Assembly (NCBI GenBank): GCA_963780685.1
Contig: CAWACZ010000017.1
Span: 320,563-384,562 of the forward strand
DNA: 64,000 bases
Reading direction: 5' to 3'
Source of the DNA: an uncultured Acidobacteriota bacterium
Lineage (GTDB): Bacteria; Acidobacteriota; Vicinamibacteria; Vicinamibacterales; CAVVIG01
Made by a program: the position numbers and the translations under genes. Positions 17,593 to 27,225 of the stretch are shown here, piece by piece. Position 1 is the stretch's first letter, and the number at the start of each line of letters is the position of its first letter. A model generated the notes under the pieces. The model was not told the origin of the DNA, made no database searches, and saw only the letters and a program-made list of their open reading frames with translations.

Positions 17593-19521
17593 ATGACGCG
17601 CTCATGCTGGTCTTCAGGCTGCGTAGCGCTGTGCGCGGTGGTCTGGGGAACGTTTCCGTTGGTTGGCCGCGCGCAGTCGCTGAGACCGACACCCGGCGCG
17701 GAGCAAGGGGCCACCTCAACAGCTGCCGCCGCCAGGGCGCAACAGCCTTCAGCTCCATTCGGGGAGGTCTATGCGAGGCTGGACCCGCGTCGGCAGCGCC
17801 TCATCGACAAATGGGTCGCGCGCTTCAACGAGGCTACCCGACGGCAGGCGGAGCCTGCGGCTTTCTACGACTCAATCGCCAGCTTTTCCGGCAAGACGAC
17901 GTTCGAGGCGGTCACGCACGCGTTGATGACCACGCAGCTGACCGATACCTCGGGCGCGCAGCTCGGCGACGCGTTGGCGCTGGTCGAACAGGTGGACGCG
18001 GTCCGAGGCAAGGTCCCCGGGGCGGCATCGGACCATCAGTTTCGGATGTATGTCCGCCTCACGGAAGGCGCGCTCGAGACGCTGGCGCGGTCGCGGGAAT
18101 TCAAGCGCCACGCCGACAACACGGTCTACCACAAAGGGTATCCCATCAACTACCGCGCCGAGGGCGGGACGCCGTCAATTCAGATCTCCGTCGCGCTGGA
18201 TCACCGGCGCGCCGACATCGACGTGGACTACCGGTCCTCGAGCTTTCCGGTCGGGCTGTTCAATGGACATCTGACAGCCGCGAACTCCGACGTGCGCGTC
18301 GGCGACAACTACGACCGCCACATCAATCGATGGGTCGGGTTCCAGAATTGGTGGCGCAGTTTTTTCGGCGTCCCCGTGGAGGGCCAAGCGGTCGACCCGG
18401 TGCCGGATAGATCGTTAGTCATTCCGAAGGAACCTCGCGCAGGGAGGAAGGACGTCGACGCGATGATGCACGACTTCCTGACCGCGTGGCTCGTGGAGGG
18501 CAACATCGTCGCCACGATGGGGTACGTATCGGAACGTGCCTTGGCCTGCCTGGCCGAGGAGCGCGACGACCCATCTAGCATCGACCGCGGGATGGCGCCC
18601 CTTCTCCTCATGAGCCGGCTCAAGGCGGCTCACGACGCGCTGGGGCCTCGCAACTCGCTGGACGGGCTGACAGTCGGCGTTCGTCTCACGAGGCCGGGCC
18701 TCAGGGTCGTCACCCAGCCCTATCATGCGCAGTTTGTGATCTATTCGGTTCCTGACGACGTGGCGGCCGCGTTCAACTGCGAGAGCCGGATGACGGTGGG
18801 GGATCCGAAGAAAATCAGGCGCGCCTACGGCAACTACTTCGGTGCCACCTTCTATATCGACGGTCGAAAGGACCGCGCGGTCGCGCTGCTGTGGGCCAAA
18901 GAGAATGGGTTCTGGAAGATCGTGTCGTGGCAGGCGGAGCCGGACGAGGAGGACACGCCGGGGCCGAGCACCACCCCCGATGTCAAGGTGGCTCGGATCC
19001 AGGCCGATGCGAGCCTTGTCGCGGATGCCCGTGCATTTCTGGAGAGTTGGTGGATTCGGAAGGACTACGACACCGCGTTCCGATATCTGTCCCCTCGAAG
19101 CTATGCGTGCTACGACCTGTTCCGAAAATCCAACGATCCAGTGGCGACATCTCTCGAGGACGCCGGCAGGCAGGTGCGGGCAGCGCTCGAGCGCGCGGGC
19201 CAGGCCGCCGGGACCCCGAGCTCGCTGGAATCGATGATCTCGGCCGTCGACCCGACGCATCCGGCGCTTCGGATCATGAGCCACCGGGATGCGCGCAGCT
19301 TCGCGCTCGCCAGCGCTCCCGACGGCCTGGCGGCCTACGACTGCGCCGCCCGCGCCCGTGGTGAGAGTTTTACGGGGGAGCTGCCGGCCGTGTACGGCAA
19401 TGTGGGGTTGATGAGCTTCCGCGTTCGGACGCAGGGTGGGGAAGGGCCGGTCTTGCGGACGTTGTGGCTCAAAGAAGGTGGCACCTGGCGAATCACCACC
19501 TACGATGTCGAATTGCCCTGA
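17593..19521 (+). CDS. large secreted protein of unknown function
   Basis: Uninterrupted 642-codon frame from ATG 17593. Signal-peptide-like MTRSCWSSGCVALCAVVWGTFPLVGRAQS. I recognise no family. Confidence 0.55.
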   Translation: MTRSCWSSGCVALCAVVWGTFPLVGRAQSLRPTPGAEQGATSTAAAARAQQPSAPFGEVYARLDPRRQRLIDKWVARFNEATRRQAEPAAFYDSIASFSGKTTFEAVTHALMTTQLTDTSGAQLGDALALVEQVDAVRGKVPGAASDHQFRMYVRLTEGALETLARSREFKRHADNTVYHKGYPINYRAEGGTPSIQISVALDHRRADIDVDYRSSSFPVGLFNGHLTAANSDVRVGDNYDRHINRWVGFQNWWRSFFGVPVEGQAVDPVPDRSLVIPKEPRAGRKDVDAMMHDFLTAWLVEGNIVATMGYVSERALACLAEERDDPSSIDRGMAPLLLMSRLKAAHDALGPRNSLDGLTVGVRLTRPGLRVVTQPYHAQFVIYSVPDDVAAAFNCESRMTVGDPKKIRRAYGNYFGATFYIDGRKDRAVALLWAKENGFWKIVSWQAEPDEEDTPGPSTTPDVKVARIQADASLVADARAFLESWWIRKDYDTAFRYLSPRSYACYDLFRKSNDPVATSLEDAGRQVRAALERAGQAAGTPSSLESMISAVDPTHPALRIMSHRDARSFALASAPDGLAAYDCAARARGESFTGELPAVYGNVGLMSFRVRTQGGEGPVLRTLWLKEGGTWRITTYDVELP

Positions 19522-19621
19522 CGCTTCATGTGAAGTTCAACCGCGTGACGCAAAATCGCCCGTCTAGCAGGCTCATTTCGACACCGCGGTCGCGGGGTGA
19601 CTCGCCCAGAGGTCGCGCGAG

Positions 19622-20605
19622 TTACGGCACCGTCGTCCAGGAGGCATCAGGATTGTAAAGGTTCATGGCCCGGGCTGCGGTATCGGTTTCGGGCCCCAGA
19701 TCTTTCTCGCGCACGATGCCGTCTTGATTGATCAGGAAGGTCATGACTCCCGTGACGTCGTACTGTGCCGGCCACGCGACGAGCGCGAACCCGCCGGACA
19801 TCTCACCCTTACTCATATAGTCCTTGGCCCCGCCAGCCGCGGCGGGTCCCTGCGCGGTCAGGATTCTGAAGTAGTAACCGTGAAAGGGCGAGGGCTGCTG
19901 GCGATCGACGCTTGGCGCCCGGCCTTCTTCCGCCGCTTGTGCCACCAGGTCACCCAACGGACTGCGTTTACGACCGTGCGCGGTCGGCCAATACAGACCG
20001 TTCTGCCGTCCCGGATCGCTACGAAAGGTCTTCGCATAGAGGCCCGCAGGCTTTCCATCGTGTCCCGTCTTCGCGTAGATCCGTTGTGCGGCCGCGAAGG
20101 TACGGCAGATTCCGATCACCGCCAGCTCGTTGCGCCCGATGCGGCGGGCGAGCACTTCTTCCTTTCCCGCCGCAGTGTCGAACCGCCAGCCATTCCCGTC
20201 TTTCACAAGAGGAACTGGAAAGGGCCAGTTCTCGTTGCCGATGACGAGCGCCTTGGCGTTGGTCCCCTGGTCCACCAGCTTCCATCCCTCGGCGACGGCG
20301 ACCGTGAAGACCTCGCGATTCCTGCGGCCGGTCGCCTGATCGGACGAGGCGACCAGATCCCGCCCGTCAGGACCGAGGATTGCCAACAGCTCGTCCATGG
20401 TTCCCGTTTTGACGACCTCCGTCAGTGCTTTCACCGCGTCTTCCGGCGTTGCGAACATGCGCTGGCGCGGTTCCGAGGGAGTTCTGGTGCATGCCGGCAT
20501 CGCCACCAGTGTCGCGCAAATGACGGCGGCCAGATTGCGAGCCACGCGGCCGCGTGTTGTGCCAGGTCGATCTGTTGCCACGGCGGTCCTTATTACGTCC
20601 TTCAC
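19622..20605 (-). CDS. DUF2950-family protein
   Basis: WPFPVPLVKDGNGWRFDT, RIGRNELAVIGICRTFAAAQRIYA, GLYWPT, FHGYYFRILTAQG and GGFALVAWPAQYDVTGVMTF are hallmark DUF2950 stretches. Confidence 0.75.
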   Translation of the reverse strand: MKDVIRTAVATDRPGTTRGRVARNLAAVICATLVAMPACTRTPSEPRQRMFATPEDAVKALTEVVKTGTMDELLAILGPDGRDLVASSDQATGRRNREVFTVAVAEGWKLVDQGTNAKALVIGNENWPFPVPLVKDGNGWRFDTAAGKEEVLARRIGRNELAVIGICRTFAAAQRIYAKTGHDGKPAGLYAKTFRSDPGRQNGLYWPTAHGRKRSPLGDLVAQAAEEGRAPSVDRQQPSPFHGYYFRILTAQGPAAAGGAKDYMSKGEMSGGFALVAWPAQYDVTGVMTFLINQDGIVREKDLGPETDTAARAMNLYNPDASWTTVP

Positions 20606-20618
20606 ACCCCATTAGGGG

Positions 20619-21821
20619 TCAGCGGCGCCGCCCGCCCGAGCTGCTCCTGCTGCTTTTCCCGCGCGAGCTGGCCGCGCGTTCCGATTTTCCGCTCGAATAG
20701 CCCGAGAATGCATCTGAGCTGGTGCCGGATCGTTCGCGAGTGGCCTGAGTCTTGTCGCCACTGTACCCGCGTGATTCAGCGCTGGAGCCGCCCGAGCTCT
20801 TCGCCTGGGTCGCCCTGGCCTGGGCCTCGGTGCTCCGCTGCTCGCGCTGCGCCTGCGACTCGGGGCGGTTTTCCTGCCGGTTCTCCTGCCGATCGGTGCG
20901 CTGCTCTTGCGCCGTGCCCGCACGGTCGCCCCGTTCCTCTGCCACATCTTCGCGGCGCTCGCCCCGCTCCTCGGTCAGATCCTCGCGGTGGTCCTGCCAG
21001 TCATCTCGGGCATCCTCGCGGGCATCGGACCAGTCGTCCCACGCGTCGTCGTACATGTAGAAGCCGCCGTGCCACCCATAGGGACCGTAGTAGTAGTTGT
21101 TGTCCATCGCCGCGCCAATCGCGATGCCCGCCGTGAATCCGATCAAACCCGCCACGGCTGCATCGGTGCTACTGCTACTTTCCTGCTGGATCACCACCGT
21201 TGTCGAAGTGGGCTGGGTGTAAACGACCTGCGGGTTGTATTGCGGTACATAGACGACCTGCGGGTTGGCCGGCTCGATCACGATCACCTGCTGGCCACTC
21301 GACGTGGTCTTGGTCTCGACGTCCTGCTGCGGGGTGCTCTTCAGGGTTCCGGCGTTCCGGGCTTGAGTCCTCAGCCGCTGAATGCTGGCGAAGACACCGC
21401 TTCGATCGGTCGTGAACGCCTGCCCGAGGCGGGTCGTCCAATCCAGCTGCTCCGCCATCATGCTCACGACCTGGGGAAACAGAACCAGGGCGACGAAACT
21501 CGGGTCGAACCCCGATTTCGTCGCGGCATCCTGAAGGTCGGTGCCTTTCAGCGTCTGATTGCTTGCCAGCCATTCGTTGAGCGCGCCCACTTTCCCGGGA
21601 TTCGACGCGCACTGCAGCATCTGTGCGAGAAGCTGGTCCGGATAGAGAGCAATGGGCGCGAGCAGGCGATCGAGCGCGTCCGGCGTCAGGGCTGGCTTGG
21701 CGGCCTTCGGGGCGGGGGTTTGCGGCGCGGACTGTGCCCGCGCCCCCAATCCGCCCAGAAGCGCCGGATCAAGCGCAGCGAGGACGAGCATCACGTTGAC
21801 GGCAAGGATCAGCTTCTTCAT
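20619..21821 (-). CDS. DUF3300-family secreted protein with disordered Arg/Ser/Glu-rich tail
   Basis: Start set at the Met at 21821 (signal peptide MKKLILAVNVMLVLAAL). LDRLLAPIALYPDQLLAQMLQCASNPGKV is the DUF3300 signature. Tail ends SSGGRRR. Confidence 0.75.
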   Translation of the reverse strand: MKKLILAVNVMLVLAALDPALLGGLGARAQSAPQTPAPKAAKPALTPDALDRLLAPIALYPDQLLAQMLQCASNPGKVGALNEWLASNQTLKGTDLQDAATKSGFDPSFVALVLFPQVVSMMAEQLDWTTRLGQAFTTDRSGVFASIQRLRTQARNAGTLKSTPQQDVETKTTSSGQQVIVIEPANPQVVYVPQYNPQVVYTQPTSTTVVIQQESSSSTDAAVAGLIGFTAGIAIGAAMDNNYYYGPYGWHGGFYMYDDAWDDWSDAREDARDDWQDHREDLTEERGERREDVAEERGDRAGTAQEQRTDRQENRQENRPESQAQREQRSTEAQARATQAKSSGGSSAESRGYSGDKTQATRERSGTSSDAFSGYSSGKSERAASSRGKSSRSSSGGRRR

Positions 21822-21888
21822 GGTAGGTCCCCACCCACTGGTTGAGCTCGCTCCGAAGGATCGGCCGGTCGTGGCAGACCTGAGGGCA

Positions 21889-21905
21889 GAGCAAGGCACG
21901 TACCC
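21889..21905 (-). promoter_or_regulatory. candidate sigma-54 -24/-12 promoter of the DUF3300-DUF2950 pair
   Basis: Minus strand reads GGGTACGTGCCTTGCTC (GG-N10-GC, perfect TTGCT). Shares an identical 16-mer with 60935..60950. About 100 bp from palindrome copy 4 and ~58 nt upstream of the start at 21821. Confidence 0.45.
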
Positions 21906-22002
21906 GAGGCGCGACTGGATAGCGCGAAGTGAGAAGCGGCGCAATTCGAACAATTTGACGAGGGTTTAACCGCCGCCGCCAGGGTCGATATCATGACGTT
22001 AG

Positions 22003-22038
22003 CTCTCCCCGGCCGGAGTTTCCTCCGAATTGCCGGAT
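22003..22038. promoter_or_regulatory. tandem palindrome element, copy 4 (most degenerate, 4-nt spacer)
   Basis: CTCTCCCCGGCCGGAG tttc CTCCGAATTGCCGGAT. Confidence 0.3.
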
Positions 22039-22078
22039 GCTTGCACGCATTCCGCTCAGCGTACTGGTGTTCTCGAGA

Positions 22079-23446
22079 TCACCGACTCGCGGTGTCTATC
22101 TGCTTGTGGCAGTACTCGCAGTCGGCGCTAATCGTGGAGCCGTCCTGCGCCATATGCGAATCGTCGTGACACCGGAAGCAACCAGTTGCCGTGGTGTGGC
22201 CTCCGTTACTGGGATAGGCGCCCCAGCTCACCTTCATCGATGGAAACACGTTATGGCGATAGAGATCCTGAAGGGCTGACACGGTCCGAGCCACAGCCTC
22301 TGCATCGACGGGGCCGCCGCGGGATTGATAGAAGCCTCGCAGATCCTGATCGATCGCCCGTAGCCCCGCATCCTGACTGTCGTACGACGCCTTCACCAGG
22401 CGAACGCCTTCGCGCCGCGCGAATGGGAGATTCCGGCTGACCAGCGCAGCCGCGATGGCGCGGTCGACGGCCGACTCGGGCGTCGGTGAGATGGGATGGC
22501 CGACCGTATTGTGGCAGTCGATGCAGTCCATGGTTCGGCGATCGGCGGCCGCAAGCGCTTGATCCGTCGTGTCGGGAGCACGGTACTCCTTCACCTGGCC
22601 TCTGGCGTCGGTCACTTTCACGTACGGGATCGTTTCGCGCGCCGCATCTGTCGCCACGTACTCGACGCGGACGGCGGGATCGGCATGCCAGTGAATCGCG
22701 CGCGGCGAAGACGACGAGGCGCTCAGGTGCATCTGAAGCACGGTGATCGTCTCGGTGTTCCCTTCGTCATCGGCATACTCGCGGATCACGCGGATTCGAT
22801 CTCCGACAACCCGCCCGGGCTGATGGCACTTGGCGCAGGTTTGGGCTTGCGCGCCCGGAGGCATCTCCGCGCCGGCCGGAATCGGCCTTGGAAAGGAGTT
22901 GGTGGCGACGTGAACGAGCTGCCGCACGCCAGAAAGCTTGGCGCGGAGAAACCCGCGAGCACCTTCTCCGATGTGGCAGTCGACGCAGGCGACGCTGGAA
23001 TGCGATGCGTTTTGCAAAGCGGTGAACTGCGGATGCATCGGCGTGTGGCACGCCTGCCCGCAGAAGCCCGGCGACTCCATCCAGTGCAGGCTGCCGTAGC
23101 CCGCCAGTAAAACGATCAGGACGTTGACGGCAGTGAGAGCCAGGACGAGCAGCGAGGTTCGCCGGACCTCCGGCCGCCGGAAGTCCAGGACAGGCCAATC
23201 GACATCCGCATTCGGATCGCTCAGGAGCTTCCGCTGCTGCAGCCGCAGGCCGAGCGGGATGAGCAGCAGCCCGATCACGAAGAGGGCGGGAATGGCCACG
23301 AAGACAACCAGGCCCGCGTACGGGTTGTTGAGCCACCCCGCGAGGATCGCGATCACCAGGGTGAGGAACACCACGGCCGACGCCGTGGCCATCAGCGCGC
23401 CGATGATCGCGAGGGGATGGCGCAGGAGGGCTGCGCGTTGCGTCAC
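22079..23446 (-). CDS. membrane-anchored multihaem c-type cytochrome (NapC/NirT/ImcH-like; candidate quinol oxidoreductase)
   Basis: Three N-terminal TM helices. Five CXXCH motifs (CVDCH, CAKCH, CIDCH, CFRCH, CEYCH) plus an FCGQACH site. Last gene of the cytochrome cluster. Confidence 0.65.
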   Translation of the reverse strand: MTQRAALLRHPLAIIGALMATASAVVFLTLVIAILAGWLNNPYAGLVVFVAIPALFVIGLLLIPLGLRLQQRKLLSDPNADVDWPVLDFRRPEVRRTSLLVLALTAVNVLIVLLAGYGSLHWMESPGFCGQACHTPMHPQFTALQNASHSSVACVDCHIGEGARGFLRAKLSGVRQLVHVATNSFPRPIPAGAEMPPGAQAQTCAKCHQPGRVVGDRIRVIREYADDEGNTETITVLQMHLSASSSSPRAIHWHADPAVRVEYVATDAARETIPYVKVTDARGQVKEYRAPDTTDQALAAADRRTMDCIDCHNTVGHPISPTPESAVDRAIAAALVSRNLPFARREGVRLVKASYDSQDAGLRAIDQDLRGFYQSRGGPVDAEAVARTVSALQDLYRHNVFPSMKVSWGAYPSNGGHTTATGCFRCHDDSHMAQDGSTISADCEYCHKQIDTASR

Positions 23447-23455
23447 GGGGTCTCC

Positions 23456-23839
23456 CTATTTGAGACTCTGCATGTACGCCACCAAAGCATCAATGTCCGC
23501 GGCCGGCAGCTTGCTGTACTTGTCCTGCATGGGCGGCTTCTTGGTTGAGTTGGCCTTCGTGGCCGCCTCCTTGGGATGGGTGATCCATTGACGGATGTCG
23601 TCAGCCGAGCGCTTCGCACCAACGCCATCCAGCGGACTCGCTTTGCCGCCCTTGCCGGCGACGGAGTGGCAGACCTGGCATTTCTGCGCTGTGTAGACTT
23701 CCTCCCCTTTCTTGACCTGTGCGGCATCCTGGGCTGCCGCAGATCGTGATATCGCGACCCCTCCGGCGAGGGTCAGCGCTGCGGTGAACAGAATGCTTCT
23801 CGTCGTGAACGTCATCAGCATTGAAGCCTCCCAAGACAC
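23456..23839 (-). CDS. monohaem class-I c-type cytochrome, secreted
   Basis: Signal-peptide-like N-terminus, a single CQVCHS motif and a distal Met (PPMQDKY). About 110-120 aa depending on the start chosen. Confidence 0.75.
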   Translation of the reverse strand: MSWEASMLMTFTTRSILFTAALTLAGGVAISRSAAAQDAAQVKKGEEVYTAQKCQVCHSVAGKGGKASPLDGVGAKRSADDIRQWITHPKEAATKANSTKKPPMQDKYSKLPAADIDALVAYMQSLK

Positions 23840-23847
23840 AAGTTCGA

Positions 23848-26055
23848 CTACCAGAAGTATTTCAAACCGAACACGAAGGAGTTAACAGTATACGGACGGT
23901 AGACGTATCCCAGAACCAGCGAGCTGGGTTGGACGATGCTGTCGACGACGGTCGGATCGAATGCGAAGTCGTACACCCGGAACGGTTCGTAGAGGTAGGA
24001 GAACGTCGCAGCCAGTCGATTCGACAGCCGGTGCCGCACGTCGATGTGCAGCTGCTGCAGCTTGTTGAAGACGTTCGGGAGCTGTGATGGCGGGGGCAGG
24101 CCGCCCGGTCCCGGTACCACCGTATACAGATAGCTCCCTTCCGCGTGGCTGAAGTCGTACGACAACCGTGCCTCTGTCTTCGGTGTGATTCTAGGAGGCG
24201 TGACATAGATCGAGAAGTAGTTCACGGTCTCCGCGGCGTCGGCAGTCCAGTCGTGCAGCTGGTCGTTTGGGTCCTGGCCCGAGCCGGTCGACCGCGACCG
24301 CTGCAGGCCCGAGTAACGCTCGAAGTTATAACTACCGCCTGCGCCGAGACCGTTGGGCTCGCGGAAGTCGGCCGCGAACGACACCGTCCGGAACGTCGTC
24401 TCCTGCAGCCCGAGGCTGCTGTCGGGGAAGTCATCCTGGCCGACGCCGCCCGAGACGCTGAAGGTCCACCGGTCGTTGGGGACGAAATCGACGATCCCGG
24501 TGAACTGGTTGCGATTCCGGTCGGCGAGGTCGTAGTGGCGCAGGGCGGGCTGCTCGCCTATCTCCACGAGCAATGCTTCGTCCAGCCCCGAGCCGTTGCG
24601 ACTCCCGTACTCGTATTTGGCGTGGAAGGTCATCCACTGCGTCCCGACGGCATCCGCTGACAGTCGTAGAACATTTTCGCCCGTGCTCTCGAAGATCCGG
24701 AAGTCGTACCCGGTGTTGTTCCGCACGTAGCCGGCAGTCAGCGCCACAGCACCGAGGCCGCTCCACGTGGCATCGGCATCGAACGTCGTGCGATTGTGCG
24801 CGTAGAGCTCGGGACCGCTCGTCAGCGAGGTCCCGACGGAGGAGTCGTAGCTGACGAATTGCGTGATGACCGTGGCAGGCATCCGGTTGTTGTAATCGTA
24901 TTCCCGGAAGTGCGCCGTGAACTGCCAGTCGGTCTGCGGACGCGACACCAGATTCAAGTTGGTCGAGAAGACGTGAGCCTCGGCCTCCGCCGTGGTCCTC
25001 GGCAACCCGATCGGCGGCAGCGCGGCGTTGATAGTAAAGGGCTGCAGCGGCTCGTCGTTGTTCCAGAACCCGTAGGAGATGAATCCGGTCACCTGCGTAC
25101 GATGCGCGAGCTTGGCGTAGCCGGCGCCGCTGATGGTCTGCGCGGAGTTGGTCGGCCACAGCGCCATCCGGCCCCGGCCGGGCGCGCTCGTCGAGTCGTC
25201 CAGCCGGAGTGGACTGTCCCACACCAGCGTGTCGTCGAGGTTGTCGAACCACGAGCCGTTGTACGCGACCCGCAGCATGTTCCGGCTGTTCGACCATTCG
25301 GTGCCGATCGCGAAGTCGTTCGTCCGCGAGTCGTACGGCAAGGCCACCTCGACGTCGTTCGAGAACCCGAACGATCCGCCCCACGGTAGTTCGCCACGGT
25401 GCCGCGTCGTCGTGAATCCCGCCGTCACGTCAAGGTTGGGCGTCGGCGTCGCCCGGAAGTTCACGTTCCCGATGTCACGTTGCTCCCGGAGATCGAACTG
25501 CGAGGCGATCGGGATGTAGGCCGAGAGAGTCGCCTGCGCATTCTGAATCGCGCGCTGCGTCGCGTCGTCGAGGAAAAGAGGGCTGGGTGCGGGTGTGTAG
25601 GGAGTCTGGGTGTCGACGCTGTAGAACTGTGGGACCTCGTCCCACAGGCCGGAGACGACGAATCGGCCGGTGCGTTCGTAGTGACCGAAGTACCGCTGAT
25701 CGCGGTATCCGACGTTATCGGCCGTTCCCCGGAAGAGCCAGTTACCCGCCGGATCGTCACGTGCGTATTTCGCGTCAGTGAAGATCACGCCGTCCCTGAG
25801 GTCCTGGTATCGCTGCCATCGGGCCGGGTCTCCGTCCACGCTGGCCAACCGCCCGCCAAACTGGAATTGATTCCAGGTGGGCTCGAACAGGCTGCGCGTC
25901 GCCTCGGCGGTCGGCGAAGCGGTTTGCGGCGCCGCCTGGGCACCAGCCGTCGATGCGGGCGTGGCAGCCCCTTGCGTCACGGTCTGCGCCCCAACGGCCA
26001 CAGGCACCGCGACTCCAATCCAGCAGATCAGATGTACCAACAGGACACGGCGCAT
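23848..26055 (-). CDS. large outer-membrane beta-barrel, MtrB/PioB/MtoB-like
   Basis: Signal peptide, 735 aa, Tyr/Asp/Gly-rich alternating beta-strand pattern and C-terminal ...FGLKYFW. Sits immediately downstream of the periplasmic multihaem cytochrome, as in mtrAB/pioAB/mtoAB. Confidence 0.6.
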   Translation of the reverse strand: MRRVLLVHLICWIGVAVPVAVGAQTVTQGAATPASTAGAQAAPQTASPTAEATRSLFEPTWNQFQFGGRLASVDGDPARWQRYQDLRDGVIFTDAKYARDDPAGNWLFRGTADNVGYRDQRYFGHYERTGRFVVSGLWDEVPQFYSVDTQTPYTPAPSPLFLDDATQRAIQNAQATLSAYIPIASQFDLREQRDIGNVNFRATPTPNLDVTAGFTTTRHRGELPWGGSFGFSNDVEVALPYDSRTNDFAIGTEWSNSRNMLRVAYNGSWFDNLDDTLVWDSPLRLDDSTSAPGRGRMALWPTNSAQTISGAGYAKLAHRTQVTGFISYGFWNNDEPLQPFTINAALPPIGLPRTTAEAEAHVFSTNLNLVSRPQTDWQFTAHFREYDYNNRMPATVITQFVSYDSSVGTSLTSGPELYAHNRTTFDADATWSGLGAVALTAGYVRNNTGYDFRIFESTGENVLRLSADAVGTQWMTFHAKYEYGSRNGSGLDEALLVEIGEQPALRHYDLADRNRNQFTGIVDFVPNDRWTFSVSGGVGQDDFPDSSLGLQETTFRTVSFAADFREPNGLGAGGSYNFERYSGLQRSRSTGSGQDPNDQLHDWTADAAETVNYFSIYVTPPRITPKTEARLSYDFSHAEGSYLYTVVPGPGGLPPPSQLPNVFNKLQQLHIDVRHRLSNRLAATFSYLYEPFRVYDFAFDPTVVDSIVQPSSLVLGYVYRPYTVNSFVFGLKYFW

Positions 26056-26155
26056 CTGTACCTCCGAGTGCTAGCGCATGTAGAACTGTCCGGACGGATG
26101 GTTCGATCCGTGGATGTTCTGGTGGCAGTTCATGCACGATCGTCCGAACATCCGG

Positions 26156-27130
26156 TTACTTTTGTTCAGTGACGGCGTTGTTATCGTAGATGGTCGAGGG
26201 ATGCCTCGTCGCGATGTGGCATCGCTGGCAGAGCATCGGCATGCGGACGACGAGCATCCGGTCGTTCGAGGAGCCGTGCGGATCGTGGCACGTCGTGCAG
26301 TTCTCGCGGACCGGGGCGTGCTCCCACAGCGTCGGGCCGCGCATCTCGGCGTGGCAGCTGTAGCAGGTTTCGTTCACCGAGCTGCCGACTTTGAGCGCCT
26401 TCACATTGCTGATCGAGCCGTGGGGGTTGTGACACGACGAACACGACATCTTGCCCTCGCGGACGGGCATGTGCGCGACCGCGCGCTCCGTCTTGGCGGT
26501 CTGCAGGCGGTGACACGTCGCGCACAACTCGGTCTGAGTGCTCTTGACGAGCTGGCGTTCGAACGACTTCGGGCTGTGGACGCTGTGGCAGCTCGTGCAG
26601 GACAGGTCGCGGCGCTCGTGCGCGCTGCCTTCCCAGCCCGCGTGATCGCCGCGGTTGTGGCACGCCAGGCACGTCTGGTTCGACTCGGCCTGAGTGATCT
26701 GTCCGAACTTGCGAATGTTCCCTTTGTTGTCGTCGTCGACGTGCGCTTGCCCTGGCCCGTGGCAGCTCTCGCAGCCCTGCTTTGCCTCCGGAGAGCGTGG
26801 ATTCTTCGCCTGTGCGTGTGGCGTTCCCTTGAGCGAGTCGCCCTGGGTGTGACAGACGGTACACGTGTCACTACCGACGTAGCCCGCTTGCGGCGCGGCG
26901 GGTGCGGCCTGGGCGCTCGATGCCAGGGAGCTGGCGGCCGGTATCCGCCAATTCAGCCGATCAACTGCCGAGAGCGCGGAGTGCGCCGAAGTTCTTTCGC
27001 CAAAAATAGACTCTGCGCTGTCTGCGGTCTCAGCGTTGTACGTTGATTCACGAGAAATTCCACCGGTGGCGCGAACCGTAAACACCGCGACAAAAAGACA
27101 GGTCGCAGCTAGGCAGAGGCGGTTGTACAC
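26156..27130 (-). CDS. periplasmic multihaem c-type cytochrome, MtrA/MtoA/PioA/DmsE-like
   Basis: GTG start with an AGGAGGG SD and a signal peptide. Nine CXXCH motifs (CTVCH, CESCH, CLACH, CTSCH, CATCH, CSSCH, CYSCH, CTTCH, CQRCH) in ~230 aa. Confidence 0.75.
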   Translation of the reverse strand: MYNRLCLAATCLFVAVFTVRATGGISRESTYNAETADSAESIFGERTSAHSALSAVDRLNWRIPAASSLASSAQAAPAAPQAGYVGSDTCTVCHTQGDSLKGTPHAQAKNPRSPEAKQGCESCHGPGQAHVDDDNKGNIRKFGQITQAESNQTCLACHNRGDHAGWEGSAHERRDLSCTSCHSVHSPKSFERQLVKSTQTELCATCHRLQTAKTERAVAHMPVREGKMSCSSCHNPHGSISNVKALKVGSSVNETCYSCHAEMRGPTLWEHAPVRENCTTCHDPHGSSNDRMLVVRMPMLCQRCHIATRHPSTIYDNNAVTEQK

Positions 27131-27225
27131 GGTGACCCTCCTGAGCGCGAAGGACCGCGCGCTGCGCGTGAGCAGTGATGATACATCCAGTGAGCAGAAG
27201 TCTGGCTGAGCTCAGCACGGAGAAA

